Numbered from the stretch's first letter, positions 1 through 12,795 are shown. The stretch is 64,000 nucleotides of DNA from Lama glama (GCA_028534125.1 CM052817.1:63428001-63492000), one strand, 5' to 3'. Notes: generated by a model from the letters alone, not told the origin. Program-made: numbers and translations.

Positions 1-88
1 AGAAAAGAAAGTATAGGAGAATATTGAAAATGTATGGGGGACATGTACAGTTTCTACACAAAGGAATCCCAAGAAATGTGTGAAATCA

Positions 89-205
89 TGACTGATAAGA
101 TTAGACAAAGCACAGTAGGCTCCCCAGAACCCCTATTCAGAGCTGTTTTAATTGAATGTGTCACTGACAAGGGACAATCACTTGGGCTGTGGCATCTATT
201 CCAAA
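89..205. repeat. 117-bp direct repeat, copy 1
   Basis: Aligns without gaps to 780-896 (offset 691) with 3 transitions (positions 103, 109, 131). Confidence 0.97.
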
Positions 206-779
206 CCTTTCTTTGAAATCAGTTATTACTTTCACTGATTCCAGTTCTTATGTGGGGGAGTCAATTTTCTGCTACTGCTACTTCATAAAATTCTTCTTCA
301 ATTATACAAGTACTATAAAGGCAAGTAATTTTTGTTCTGATGAGAATATTTATATTTTCCTGAATTCAAAGGAAGGTATACGACGTTGTAGGTGCCCGGA
401 GTTTGTTTAAAGTTCTGCCTGCCTATATAATAATTGTGAGTGTGTCTGTCACATCATGTAGTAACTAGTAGTGTGGAAACCGACATCTGCCAGCCAGTAA
501 TGGTGGTCATACCTCACTGCTGCTCCAACTGCTCACAGTCCGGTTCAGCCTGCCACCCTGAGCTCTAGCCAGCTGTCAGGACTGTCACAGCTGCCATCTT
601 ATTTACTGCCATAAGCTTTTTTGGCATTGTGGACCCAGACACTGCTGAGATGGTGCCTGTTGTTGGCTGTAAAAGGCACAGGGACGAAAGACTCTGAGGA
701 ACCCTGGGAAGGTGCAACATGTTCAAACCACCTGACAGTGGAACTGGTCTGCCCTGAAGTCTCCAAGGTTGTTCTTTGT

Positions 780-896
780 TGACTGATAAGATTGGACAAG
801 GCACAGTAGGCTCCCCAGAACTCCTATTCAGAGCTGTTTTAATTGAATGTGTCACTGACAAGGGACAATCACTTGGGCTGTGGCATCTATTCCAAA
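780..896. repeat. 117-bp direct repeat, copy 2
   Basis: TGACTGATAAGATTGGACAAGG...GGCATCTATTCCAAA, 114/117 identical to 89-205. Confidence 0.97.
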
Positions 897-1554
897 TGAA
901 ACAATTGTTTTAAAGTAATTGGTCTGACAAGAAGGCTGGCAGCCATTGAGGATAAGATGCATGTGCTTCTACAAGAAGAGACCGAAAACATGTTTCCTGT
1001 AATTGCCACGGCTAAGCTTTTAAACTTTTCTCTTTACTTCTTACGAAACACGTCCTTTCAAGACTTCTGATTTGAATAAACACTGAATGATTCTAGGGAC
1101 ACCGCTTTGCTTTACATGTTTTTTATACACATAAGAGGCTCATTCTCAGCCTGTTTAAACTATCTAGCCACAACAAGTTGCAGTGGATTTAATAGAAAAA
1201 AAGTGCAAAGGGCTAGGCTGTCTCTCAACTTCTTTGCAGATCTCACTGTTAGTAACTTCCGATACAAGGACTGCAATTATACAATGTAAGAAAGGTCAGT
1301 TACATCAGCTAGTTAGCACGGATTGAGCCAGATTTCCCCAGTATGTATGTAGTTCCTCGGGAGACTGAGTCTGTAAGAGCCAAAAGCATCTAAGAAAGTG
1401 GTGTGTAGCCATATAACACACCTATGCAACAACAGAATCTATAGCACATTAGAAAGAGAAGAAGTGATATACTCTAATCTGCAATCATTGCATACACTCT
1501 AGGCAAGATCATGCCCTGTTCTAATGATGAAGAAAACCAGCATTGCTGTAATAT

Positions 1555-1728
1555 TTTACAAAATATCTTGCATATGTTATCTCATGTGATCCTCTCAATA
1601 TATGAGGTAGGGATTATCTTTAGCCATTTTATATATAGGAGGAATGAAGCCCACCTATATGACTATGTGGTGGAGATTAATATGAAAGCAATATTTTTGA
1701 CTCCAAGTCATTTTTCTAGCACATCACA
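1555..1728 (-). mobile_element. MIR SINE fragment
   Basis: Degenerate reverse MIR core (tatctcatgtgatcctctcaat...gaggtaggg...ccattttatatataggaggaatgaagc). Confidence 0.6.
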
Positions 1729-1940
1729 ATGACTGACTCCATCTTCAACCAGCTTTTATTTTTGCTACATTGAATATGTCCTTCCTATGAAATCTCATCT
1801 AGCCTAAATTTTAACTAAAATATGTAAATAAGGGGAGAAGAAGGAATGTATTAGCCTTCTTCTAATACTTTCTTTTGTGGATCACTTTCCCCTGTGAGTC
1901 ACAAGGCACATAAACATGCATGTTCTTAGTAATATTACAT

Positions 1941-2970
1941 AGGTTTAACAGCCAGCTCTTGACATCTAATAGGTATAGGAGCTTGGGAAGTTTACTTATT
2001 TCTCTATGCCATAGTTTCTTCATTGATAAAAGGGGCACTCATTCATTCATTTTTACATTCATTCAGCAAGCTTTATATTCTCACAGAATGCAGGACACCG
2101 CCCCCAGGTCCAAGGGATATATCAGGGAACAAGCCAAATAAAATCCCTAGTTATATTGCCAGGGAAGATAGTCAGTTAACAAATAAATAATAGGTATATT
2201 TGTTGGGTAGCAATACCCAATTACACATGAAGAAGGACAAAGTTGACTGGAGGCTAGAGTGATGGTGGAGCAAAGAAGAGTATGCTATTTTAAATAGAAA
2301 GCTCAGGAAAGGCATCTTTTAGGAGATGACATTTGAACAGAGATCTGTCAATGGGAGGGAATTCTGTGAAGACAATTCCAGGGAGAGGGAAGAACAAGTT
2401 CAAAAGCCATGTAGCAGGAACATGCCCATGTGTTTTCACAGAAGAGCAAAGAGTTGTGTCGAGCAGAATGAAAGAAGTGGAGGAAACTGGTGGACGTGAG
2501 GCCAGAGAACTAACCAGTGGTGTCTCACTTAGTACCTTGATGGTCTTCAAAAAGACTTATGATTTAGGTCTAAGTATGATGAGAATCAGTTGGTGCCTTT
2601 GAGGCCTTGGGGAATGTCACTCCAACTATTTTAGGATGAATAGACTGTAGGGACACAGGCAAGAACAGGGAAACCAGTTAGGAGGCAGTTTCAGTTAATC
2701 CTGGAGATAGATGATTGCAGGTTGGACAATGACTGTATTCTTAACTGATGAATTGGAGGAAGGGTGGAAGGTAAAGATTAATCAAGAGTTATGGCTTTTG
2801 GACCAAGTTGTTGGGTGAAAGTTGGTTCCAGTTATTGAACTGAGACACATTACAGGTGAACAAGTTTTAGAGGAATGAATATACTTATCTCAGGTTTAAT
2901 GCAAAAATAAAAGCATTCTGAACAGAGCCTGGTCCATAATAAGCCTTTAATAAACATTAAGTATTATTAT
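1941..2970 (+). mobile_element. MIR SINE (about 1941-2035 and 2880-2970) split by an L2 insertion
   Basis: 5' core (cttgggaagtttacttatttctctatgccatagtttcttcattgataaaagggg) lies left of the L2; 3' tail (aacagagcctggtccataataagcctttaataaacatta) lies right of it. Confidence 0.55.
2038..2875 (-). mobile_element. LINE-2 (L2a-like) 3' portion
   Basis: Starts with the reverse L2 tail ttcattcatt...attcattcagc; contains typical L2 segments (ggagatgacatttgaacagagatctg, gggaaaccagttaggaggc). Confidence 0.8.
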
Positions 2971-3009
2971 GATCATTACCATCATCATTATTATTATTAC
3001 TAAGTTAAT

Positions 3010-3730
3010 CAGCCCTGTAAATCTTATTTCCTAAATAGCTCTCAGATGCATACTGTCCTCTGTATACTCACAGTTGTGCGTTGGTCCAATCCCTCATTAT
3101 CTTGTGCTTGGATTCTTGCAATGGCCACCTGAATTTCCCACCTCTAGACTAGACTATATTTAATCTGTTTTCTTCACTGCAATCAGAATAATCTTTATAA
3201 TATGTAAGTATGATCATGTTTCTTCTTAGCTTAAACACTTCAGTGACTCTCCACGGCAGACAGAACAAAGCTATAAATCCTTAATGATCTGGTCCTCTTT
3301 TACTTTTCAACATTACCTTCCTGGCTTTTTCAGGCTCTGATAATATCAAAAAATACCTGTGGTTTCCCCTAACATTATAGGTGTTGCGTCTCCCAGTCCT
3401 TGTCCATGCCATTTATCTTGCTTGGAATATCCTCAATGTATCTTGCAAAATTTTATTCTTTATTTAAATCCTAATTAGGAATCACCTTTTCTATTGAAGC
3501 GTTTTGTAAACTTTTACAGAAAGAGCAGTATCATGTCTTGGACACAGTTCTGTTACTGTAAATAGCACATTTCTTTTATATATAGAAAGAACTTGAATAT
3601 ATATATGTGTGTGTGTGTGTGTGTTTATGTTTGTCTCTCCTACATGATTGTGAAATCTTTGATGGCAAGGGTATGTCTTTTTACCTATGAATGAATATAT
3701 GTGCACAGGTAGTGACATATTATATGTCCA
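3010..3730 (+). mobile_element. LINE-2 fragment
   Basis: L2-like motifs (cactgcaatcagaataatcttt, cttaaacacttcagtgactctcca, gattgtgaaatctttgatggcaagg). Confidence 0.7.
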
Positions 3731-6369
3731 CCTTGATCTTTGTAACCTAACTTGAATAGTTTGTGAGAAGAGGGTTTCTTTTCATCACTCCTGGGTCTAG
3801 ATGTGGAGCATTAGAGCACCTTCTGCACTGTTGCCTAAGATCACAGCTGCTTAAGACAAGTTTTAAGGTTTTATCAGACCTCTTTACTTTATTACGGATT
3901 TTCCAATTATGCATTGGTATTAACACTAATGAGTTAGGCTAAATTTGAAAACAACTATAAAAATGAAATAAAAGTGTGGTGGAAATAACAATTCTTTTCT
4001 TTGCTTCAAGTAACTATTGCATTCTATCATGCCTTTTTTAATGTCTTGTGCATTCACCCTTTTCTCTCATTACAACCCAAAGTATTCATATCAAACTAGC
4101 CTCTTTGTAGCTATTTTAATATCATGTCTGCTTTGGGGCTTTTATATTTCTGTTTTTTAAAATATTCTTTCTTGTTTCCTGAGACTGTAGGCCTAATGCA
4201 TGCAATTTATGAGTCACCTTTTCCTTGAAGTCTTTATCATTCATTCTGGTTTAGATTGATACCTCCTTTCTCTGGAGTTACAACATTATCTGTACAATTT
4301 CTATTGGTTTCTAAATATGAATGGTTTCATATTATTTTAGTACTGTTTCATTTGTGCATTTGTTATTTCTCCAAATAGATTTTAATACCCTCATTTGAAA
4401 ATATTGTCACATATCCCTTTTGCATCTCTCAAAGCTCGTGGTTCAGTTTTGACCTCAGTACAGGTGTTCAACAATAGATGTTGAAATGAAAAGAAAACTG
4501 TATAAAATGTGATGATCAAATGCATAATTATAATCACTTCAAGCTTACATTAATAGATTCTTTATGATCTCAGGTAGAATGTCTTTTTGAGTATCTCAAG
4601 GCAAAAGGTAATGAACACTTTATTTCTTTTTGCCTACAACCATTTCTAGGAAAATGAACTATATTAAAACTTAAAATTTGATCATCAGTAGTATTTTTTA
4701 GAGTTAGAGATGGAGATTCTAGTTGGAAAAGAAAAGCAAAACTCATTTTCCCTTCAATTTTATAAGAATAATAAACTCACAGGTGATATCCTACCATGCA
4801 AGAATAAGGAAGCAGCATCATAAGATCTTCCAATTTCCATTTTTCAAGGAAAATGGGCCCTATCTGAAAATAGTTGGCTAAAATTTTATTTTTAAGTGCT
4901 TCAGGGGCCAACATCTTGAGGATCAAACCAAATGGACCTGAAGACTAGGGGGCTTGTAGGTCCATTTTATACCACCTCTGTTCTCCAGAAACTGTATCTT
5001 CAGAGAAACAGATAATTAGATGCATCAAGATTAAGAGCTTTCAAGGTCTCAGTAAAATATATTATTTGATTGCATTCCATCCTTGGTTTTCACTCCTGAA
5101 ACAAAAAGCTTGGGGACAAAGGGAAATTTGAAAGTATTTCCCCCATTTGATACATATTAAAACATGAAATGAGGGAACATACACTTTTTTAAATACATAA
5201 TTAAGGACTATCTCCATTGTCCATGTTGTATCTAGTGTACAGGTTCCTTGTTAGATAATTTCATGCTGGCTGGCCAGACCCCTCCTCCATTACTTCTTTG
5301 TCAAAGAAGTTTTAAAAATGAAAGCCCAGGACAAAGGGCATCATAAATGAATGATAAACTGTCACAACTGTTCCAACCAACCTGGAAAAGACATATAATA
5401 AATTTTACACCCTTTCATGTTATTTTTCCTTAGGATAACTGTTGGCAAGTGGTCAGCCTGTCATGACAGAGTCCAATTAAAATTATATATCATTGTAAGT
5501 TTTCTCTTCTCTGATGTCAGTAATGGAGATCCTTCAGATAGCCCTTTGATATCCACTCCTGGGCACTTTAATTTCCTGACAAATCCATCATCTGTAATTT
5601 GCCATCAGAAGTAGTCAATCTCTGAGCAGTGATAAAATAGTGTAAATCCTGGTACATCCTTTAGCATTGTAACAAGGAGACAATCTTTATGACTTACTGT
5701 GGCTCTGTATTCTTATAACCTTGCCTGAGTCCATGTGTCAAAGTACTATAGGAATGAAATTCAGCCAGGGATTTGATAAACTTACGAAGGAATGTATAAA
5801 TACATGAAATCTTAGACCTATATTTCTAAATCTTCAGAACTCCCTGGTCTCTCAAATTCCCATTATGTTGCAATAAATCTCATACATATTTACACTATGT
5901 AAACAAAAATTTTATTCACTCACACAGAAAAGCATAATTTCCTGGAGAGCATATTAAGAATGAATGGAGATATTTTGAAGTGGAAAAATTACTAACAGAG
6001 GTCAAAGCCACAAATTTAAACAGTTAAGAATTTACTGTCTTTGAAATGTGTATTTATCCAATTAAACAAAATATTGTATTCTCCCTTGGAATGTACAGAA
6101 ATACTTAGGATTTGGGGGTGGTGGTGAGAGTTTCTTGTTTTTGAATTGTTAACAATTTATTACTTAACAAATCAAAGTGAAGGCCAGCAAATTATTTATA
6201 AAAAACTAAACTGGATTAGTAGGAGCAATGATCACAAAGTCTTTTAGGGAGCTTTAGTTTGTTCTTCAGTAGTGATGAGCTGCTGTGGAAGAGATTAGTT
6301 AATAAATGTAATGGCTCAAATGTGAGAGCTGCTAGGACATTAGCAACACAGAGCAGTGTATGTGCCACA

Positions 6370-6777
6370 TGACATAGGTAGAATTGTGCCCCCTCCCCCA
6401 AATTCATCTGTTGAAGTCCTAACACCCAGTTACCTTAGAATGTAACTGTATTTGGAGATAGGACCTTTAAAGAGATAATTAAGTTAAAATGAAGCTCTTA
6501 GGGTAGGCCCTAATCTAATCTGACTGGTGTCCTTATAAGAAGAGGAAATTAGGATACAGAAAGAGATACCAGCGATACCATGCACAGAGGAGAGATCACA
6601 TGAGGACATCACAGGAAGGCAGCCAGCCGCTAGGAAAGGAGAGAGGCCTCAGAAGAAACCACACCTGCCAACACCTAGCCTGAGACTTGTCACCTCCAGA
6701 ACAATGAGAAAATTAATTTCCGTTATTTAAGCCACCCATTCTGTAGTATTTGTTATGGCAGCCCTAGCTAACTATTA
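6370..6777 (+). mobile_element. ERVL-MaLR solo LTR (MLT1B-like)
   Basis: MLT1A/B hallmarks: tgtatttggagataggacctttaaagag, tgactggtgtccttataagaagagg, tttgttatggcagccctagc; about 400 bp. Confidence 0.85.
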
Positions 6778-8085
6778 GGGAAGGCCAAGACCCATTAGAA
6801 ATCAAAGCAACGGCATCCAGAATGGAGCTGAGGAAGCAATGTTTGTTGCAGAAGTTTCCCCCACCCCATACATATTTACCCAAGAAGTAAAAGCACAGGA
6901 CAGCAAGTTTGCATTTGGAGCCCTGCCCCGGGAGCATAAGACTGGCCACTGTTACATACCAAGCATCCCAATCTGTGTTCTGGGACATGGCAATAAGGAG
7001 GATTAGGTAATAAATCAGTTCTGAAATGAGGCAGGCTGGGTTCCATGTCAGGCAAACTGTCCGTACAAAGGAAGACTTTCTGATAAGAGCCAGAGGTAAA
7101 CTAAGCAGGATTTAGATCTAGAGTACAAGGATTGGCAGGAATTAGTGAAGTACCAGGTCCATTAGGTATTGGTTGAGGTTTAAAGCAGGGCCACCATCCT
7201 TGATTACCAGGCAAAGTAAAATGGAGAACAGTAAACCCAGGTGACACCTGAATATAGGAAATGCTATAATTCAGAGGCTCAATGAGGCACGATTTTTTTC
7301 GACTTTATCATTCTCCTTCCAGTACACCAGTTTTTTTATCTAGATGGCCAAAGACAAGACATGGAGACAATGAAGCATCAGTAGAGGGGTAAGGTGGGTT
7401 CATGTGAGTGTATAGATTTATGCAAGGACCTATTAATTGTGGTTTATAAGAAGATTCGAGGTCTGGGGAACTTGACTTCGAAGTCAATCATTTATTCATT
7501 CAGACACTCATTTATATACCAACACTTATGGAGAAACCAAAATAGCTGAGGCTTCTTTATGCCACAGTTGATTCAGTAACTGATACTGAAGATGGGGGAA
7601 CAGGGAGGGAACTTGAATGTAGTGAGTGATAGGTGGAGAGGCAGAGAAGTAAAGGTGTGGATTACATTTTGGGGGGTAATCTACAAATCAACAAATACTT
7701 GTTGCCTTTTTGCAATGTGCCTGTTTTTATGCAGGATTCGAGAATTCACAAATCATTTAAAACATAGTCTCAGACTTTAAAGAATGATTCTTACTTAGAA
7801 AAATATATTTACAGGAAAATGTAAACTATGTGACTTAGTGGGAATGAGGGGCATAACTAGTGTTGCAGATGATCAGGGCAGGAGAATGTCAGTATGGATT
7901 GAGACTGTGTGCCTTGTAAGTGGCTTATGGTCTGGATTGGCACCAAAGAAAATGCAAGCATTGAAACCAGACATCCTGAATGAAGGTTTTGAATTAAGAG
8001 ATTAGTAGAGCACACTTTTTAAACAGAAAACAAATTGATCCTACCCGGGGGACATGATTAGTTGAAGAGCAGAAGGAATTTGAAG

Positions 8086-8487
8086 GTGTTATTTCCCCAG
8101 GAAGGAGACTCTGAGGTGAAGAATATACCAGGGAGTACTCTCAGGATCAATAGCTGTGGCAGGAAAGACAGAGAAGCAGGACTGAGCAAAGGGAGAAACT
8201 GGGTTTGGAGGCCACCTTGAGAAAGGGGCCTCAGCTACCCATGGGGAAGCTCTGAGACTGGGGTGACCCTTCAGAGTAGCAGCATAACTGAGCCTTTCTA
8301 GTCTCATTCTGACCTGTCTGTTGAATGCAGACTTTCCAAGGAAGGAGTGTGATCTTGGACAAACCAGATATCTCAACTGAGGGCAAATTCCAGAGGGCCC
8401 TGACAGTCAGGTGGCTCAGCTGACAGCTGGGAGATTCAGTCTCTTGAGTTCTGGAAGAAGATGTGAGAAATATTGAAACATCCATTG
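8086..8487 (-). mobile_element. ERVL LTR (LTR16A-like), 3' LTR of proviral relic
   Basis: Matches the recalled LTR16A reverse consensus (gactctgagg...ggatcaatagctg...gaagcaggactgagc...ggcctcagc...ggaagctctg...cccttcagag); homologous to 11015-11459. Confidence 0.75.
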
Positions 8488-8926
8488 CACTTCACTCCTT
8501 CCTTGGGTCTCTCTGATGGAGTTCTTTGTATAGATTCTTGGAGCAGATCTTCTAGATCTCTGGTGTACCTATTTTCCTTAGGAAAACATAGAAGAGGAAG
8601 GTTAGTGGGACAAACTACAGCCCCCTGTGGTACAGCTGGTTTCAGGACCACAACTGATTTTCAGGACCACAACTGATATTCAGGCCTCATTTTTATACTA
8701 TTTTCTAAATTTTTTCTATCTTTAGCCAGCACTCCTTGTCTAGGTGGCTTTCTGGGTGATGTGACTGTGACACTCATCCCCATGGGATCTGAGATTGCCC
8801 TTTTTAGACTGTGGTTTCTGTACTAGTTCATTTACCGTCCAGGTTGAGCCAGGAAGTAGCGACAGTTACTAAAGTGAATCACTTGGTGCCCAACATTTCC
8901 TCCCTGTCCCCTTGTGTAACATCAGG

Positions 8927-9016
8927 CTGGTAATCAGGGTCAATTATCCCTGCCAGGATGGTGACTCCTCCTCTTGCCCTTTTGTCTCATGGCACAAGGA
9001 GCCCAAAGTCCTCAGG
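8927..9016 (-). pseudogene. ERVL dUTPase remnant
   Basis: Minus strand translates to PEDFGLLVP*DKRARGGVTILAGIIDPDYQ. GIIDPDYQ fits dUTPase motif III as found in ERVL; one in-frame stop. Confidence 0.8.
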
Positions 9017-9987
9017 AAAACTCACAACTTACATAGTTCAGGAACTTTTGGTATGTGTCCAGGTGGAAGCATCCCTACTTTGGAAGTCAGAATCTTTAAA
9101 CACGAAAAGCCCAGAGTTTGCTGGAACAAGAAATGCATATTTCCCAAGTCAGCTACAGAAGGGATAGGAAGCAGAGTCACTCTTGCCACCAGCCTTTGGT
9201 TCCTGGATCAATATATACTATCTATTGGGGAAACAGCATCTTCAGTGTACACTAAGACTGGGAGGATGGTGCCCCACTCTCACAAAACATTATCTCATGC
9301 TTTAGTTGTGCTTTCAACAGACTAACACATCATTGTGTCAGGCTGGAAGCTTCTGGATAATGGGATATGTAATAGGACCAGAAAATGGGTTCCTATTCTT
9401 AAAATTGGGCTAGGCATCATGAAATTTTATTGGGGAAACTTCCCTAACCTCCTGATCATCATTCTCGATTGGTTTTGGTTTAGATGGTTGAACTATTTAA
9501 ATACCCTTATTGGCTATCATACGTCTTCCTCCTAAGAAAGCCATGTTCTATTAGCCATCTCCAAAACTGTGCTTGTCAAACCACCCTATTTCCTTCCCTC
9601 TTGACCTTAGCACTAATTACAATAATCGCATCCACCTAAATTCTGTTGGTTAAGCCTCTCCAATTGTCCTCTGTTGCTTGGGAGTCCTGTCATCCCCACT
9701 GATGTCAGAGAATGCAGTTCTGTAATGGCATATTGTACCATCTACCTTGGCTTAACAGAGAAGAAGCATAACTGAGCTTTTTAGTGATGCTGATTCCCTT
9801 ATCATCAACCCGATCCTTATTATTTTGGTGAATAATGAACACTCTGGGTGCTCCCAAGGAACATAATCACAGGTGGTATTTCAAACTTTACCTATCATAA
9901 TCATTCTAGCATTCCCTCTCTGCTGAGGCTTTGAATCCCTTCTTTTCTGTCTGCTATGATTATTTTGGCATTTTTATCTCACTTTGT

Positions 9988-10011
9988 GTTGTTGTTGTTG
10001 TTGTTGTTGTT
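9988..10011. repeat. (GTT)8 microsatellite
   Basis: Direct reading. Confidence 0.95.
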
Positions 10012-11014
10012 GTGTGTGAGAGCCATTCTAAGGACTGTGTTGCCAGGATGTTTGGGTGCTGAAAGCTACATCCCATGACTTATCTAACTGTATGTTCTTA
10101 TCCTCCATTGATATATCCATCACTCTCAGAATCCAGTCCCATGAGTATCTCCTAGTTCCTACTGGTATGTGATGCCTATGTCCTACACCTCCTTGGAAGT
10201 ATAGTTCTTTTTCTCCATTAGCAGGCACAGCACTTCCCTAGCTAGGTTATGTTGAAACTTATCTCTAATTATTGTCTTAGTGTCCAGAAGTGGGGGTAGG
10301 GGACATACAAAGGGATTGCAGATATAGGTGTCATACATTCTCACAGGTAGAGGCCTCTGCATCTTCCTCAAGCCAGGGGATGTACTGGTCCTTTAATAAG
10401 GAGAAGTGGACCATTTTGCCAGGCTGAGCATTCGGGAATATTTAAAGATTCAGTTTTTGAGTGCCTCAACACAGATGTCCCATTCCATAACTCTGAGCCC
10501 TGCCCTTTGGATGGTCAACCTAACTAAGTTTTGTATGTAACTTTCTTAAGAGCTCTGCCCTATTTTTGATTAAGTCCTGCTCTGCAGATTTTTCTGTCTT
10601 CAAGCTTAAAGAAGTGAGGGCCTCTTTCTATTCTAGCAGGACTCCTGACTTTTACACTTAGTTTTAATCCTCAGTTAGTCCTCTTCCTTATCCTTTTCCA
10701 AAGCATCAATTAGACATAGCAACACACATACAATCCCATTATTTTTATAGTTACAATTTCCTCATTGTTCTCAAACACCTGATATACTAGCCCCATTAAT
10801 GGAATCCCTTTCACAATCATATTGTTGCAGTTCACCATCAATTAACATTTTAAAGATTGCATTTGCTAACCTAAGTAAGCAACTATGCTCACTCCACTTA
10901 CCACCAGTGATGGAATCCTCAATGCCAGAGGGCTGGAGGATAATGGGCTCCAGAATCCCCTCTTAGCTTCTACTTTTTTATACCATTCCTAAGATCACTT
11001 ATAGAACCAAATGC

Positions 11015-11459
11015 TGTAGGTTGGGTTCTTCTGAATCCAAGTTCTGAGATGAAGATTAGCATGCAGAGAATGTGTTAGAGAGTATCCCTGGGATCAATAG
11101 CTGGTACAAGGAAAGGAAGGAGGCAGGGTTGAGTAGGGGAGAAGTTATGTTGTATAATCCACACAAGACTCAGCTGACCCTTTGCTTGGGAAGCTCTGAA
11201 GCTGGAATAACCCTTTAGATTTAACCTGCTTGTGGCAAGGGGGCCAGACTTTTATACTTACATATCAACCGGTCATTGACTGTAATTGCCCTCCGAGAAA
11301 GGAACATGACCTGGGTTGAGGCAGCTCATTCTAACTGAAGGCAATCTCTGGAGAGGATCTACAGGTGAAGGCTCTAAGCCAGCATCACTCCTGGTAGCTG
11401 GGGAAATGTCTTTTAGTAATATAGAGGTATTTGGGAAATGAATCATAGTATTCACTACT
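11015..11459 (-). mobile_element. ERVL LTR (LTR16A-like), 5' LTR of proviral relic
   Basis: Starts tgtaggttgggttc; contains tctgagatgaagattagcatgcag, gggatcaatagctgg, ggcaagggggccagacttttatac and ggtcattg. Confidence 0.85.
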
Positions 11460-12047
11460 GAGGAAGTCTAGAAAAGAAATGAATATTTTACAGACTCACT
11501 TTGAATAAATCCCCTCTTCTCCCAACCACTATTCACTTTGTATAATCACAAAATTTATTCAGTGTAACTTAAATCTGAGCTATTGCACAAAAGAACATGA
11601 AATTTATTGAAATTGTGAGAATACAACCCCATCAATACTGATTCCTCAGCAATGCAGCACAGGTTATAAAAAGTTGAAAGTTTACATAGAAAAAAATTTT
11701 TATGTTAAGATAAACTCATAATTACTTAGATTGCCATAAAAATAAGCAAAAATAGCACAAAAAAAGTTGCAGTAACCAGAGTGAAAGTTTATTGGAGTTC
11801 AAAGATATAAAAATCTTTTAGAAGGCTACACAGAAAGAGAACAAAGAAAATATCTCTATAGATACAGTAGAATAGTTCATAGTTGAGTTATTCACCACAC
11901 AGGGGTTTCAAGGAGAATAAAATTTCAGGTTATTAAAAAAATAGATTTTTATCTGGCAGTAGGATACCACTCCTAACTTATCACAAAAATCATAATGGAA
12001 TGCTTTTCATAAATGCAGGTTCCTGATCCCATTCAAACCTATCAGAT

Positions 12048-12500
12048 TCTCTTAAGTTGGGTAACCCCAAAAGAAAACTCTAAGAAAAGTATTTGAGTGC
12101 AAATAAAATAATTGGGAGGGGGTCCCAGGAAGCAGTAAAGGGCAGAGGGGAATGAAACAGGGATGGAGAGGAAGCCAACAAGCTGCTCATTGCTGAGCAG
12201 GTTAGCATTGAAGGCAGCTGAGGCTCAATGTTGTTGGAGAACTTTGGGCCCATGTAAATAATTATAAATAGTTATCCCACCCAAGGAGCAAGGAAGCTCC
12301 AGCTCCCATTAGTCATTGACTGAGATTTCTATCCCCAGAAGCATGAATGCTTCATCACTTCTTTTCTGCTCTGCATGACCAGGAAAGAGCCCCCAGAAGG
12401 AGAGTTGCAACTGCTCATAGTGGGAAGTAAAAGACATGTGTGAGAATAGTGAGTATATCCCAGAATGGATACAGACAGGGCACTGACAGTGTCTACCAAA
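12048..12500 (-). mobile_element. ERVL solo LTR (LTR33-like)
   Basis: atttgagtgcaa...tcccaggaagca...ggaagccaa...gagcaggtta...gttatcccaccc...agtcattg...gggcactgacagtgtctacca follow the recalled LTR33 order. Confidence 0.75.
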
Positions 12501-12533
12501 CAGACTTTCCATAAGAGGAGCCTGGAATTAGTA

Positions 12534-12695
12534 TTTTTTTTTTACATTTTTTATTGATTCATAATCATTTTACAGTGTTGTGTCAAATTCCAGTGTTCAG
12601 CACAATTTTTCAGTCATTCATGGACATATACACACTCATTGTCACATTTTTTTCTCTGTGATTTATCATAACATTTTGTGTATATTTCCCTGTGC
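12534..12695 (-). mobile_element. Young camelid-type L1 3' end running into an assembly gap
   Basis: Poly-T followed by L1 3'UTR; nearly identical to 41581-41721. Confidence 0.9.
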
Positions 12696-12795
12696 NNNNN
12701 NNNNNNNNNNNNNNNNNNNNNNNNNNNNNNNNNNNNNNNNNNNNNNNNNNNNNNNNNNNNNNNNNNNNNNNNNNNNNNNNNNNNNNNNNNNNNNN
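12696..12795. other. Assembly gap (100 N)
   Basis: Run of N. Confidence 1.

Larger units (their letters stand above)
8488..11014 (-). mobile_element. ERVL internal region (ERV3-16A3_I-like), deleted and decayed
   Basis: Lies between two same-orientation LTR16A-like LTRs and carries an ERVL dUTPase remnant at 8927-9016. Confidence 0.75.

Noticed and set aside
565..861. Minus-strand ORFs as a possible processed pseudogene
   Set aside because: No recognisable protein in the frames I translated and no poly(A) remnant.
6790..7260. Possible old Gypsy/ERV LTR
   Set aside because: Composition is suggestive, but I could not match diagnostic motifs or termini.
8640..8680. Short tandem duplication (TTTCAGGACCACAACTGAT twice)
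   Set aside because: Ordinary slippage in an ERV relic; two units only, not an array.
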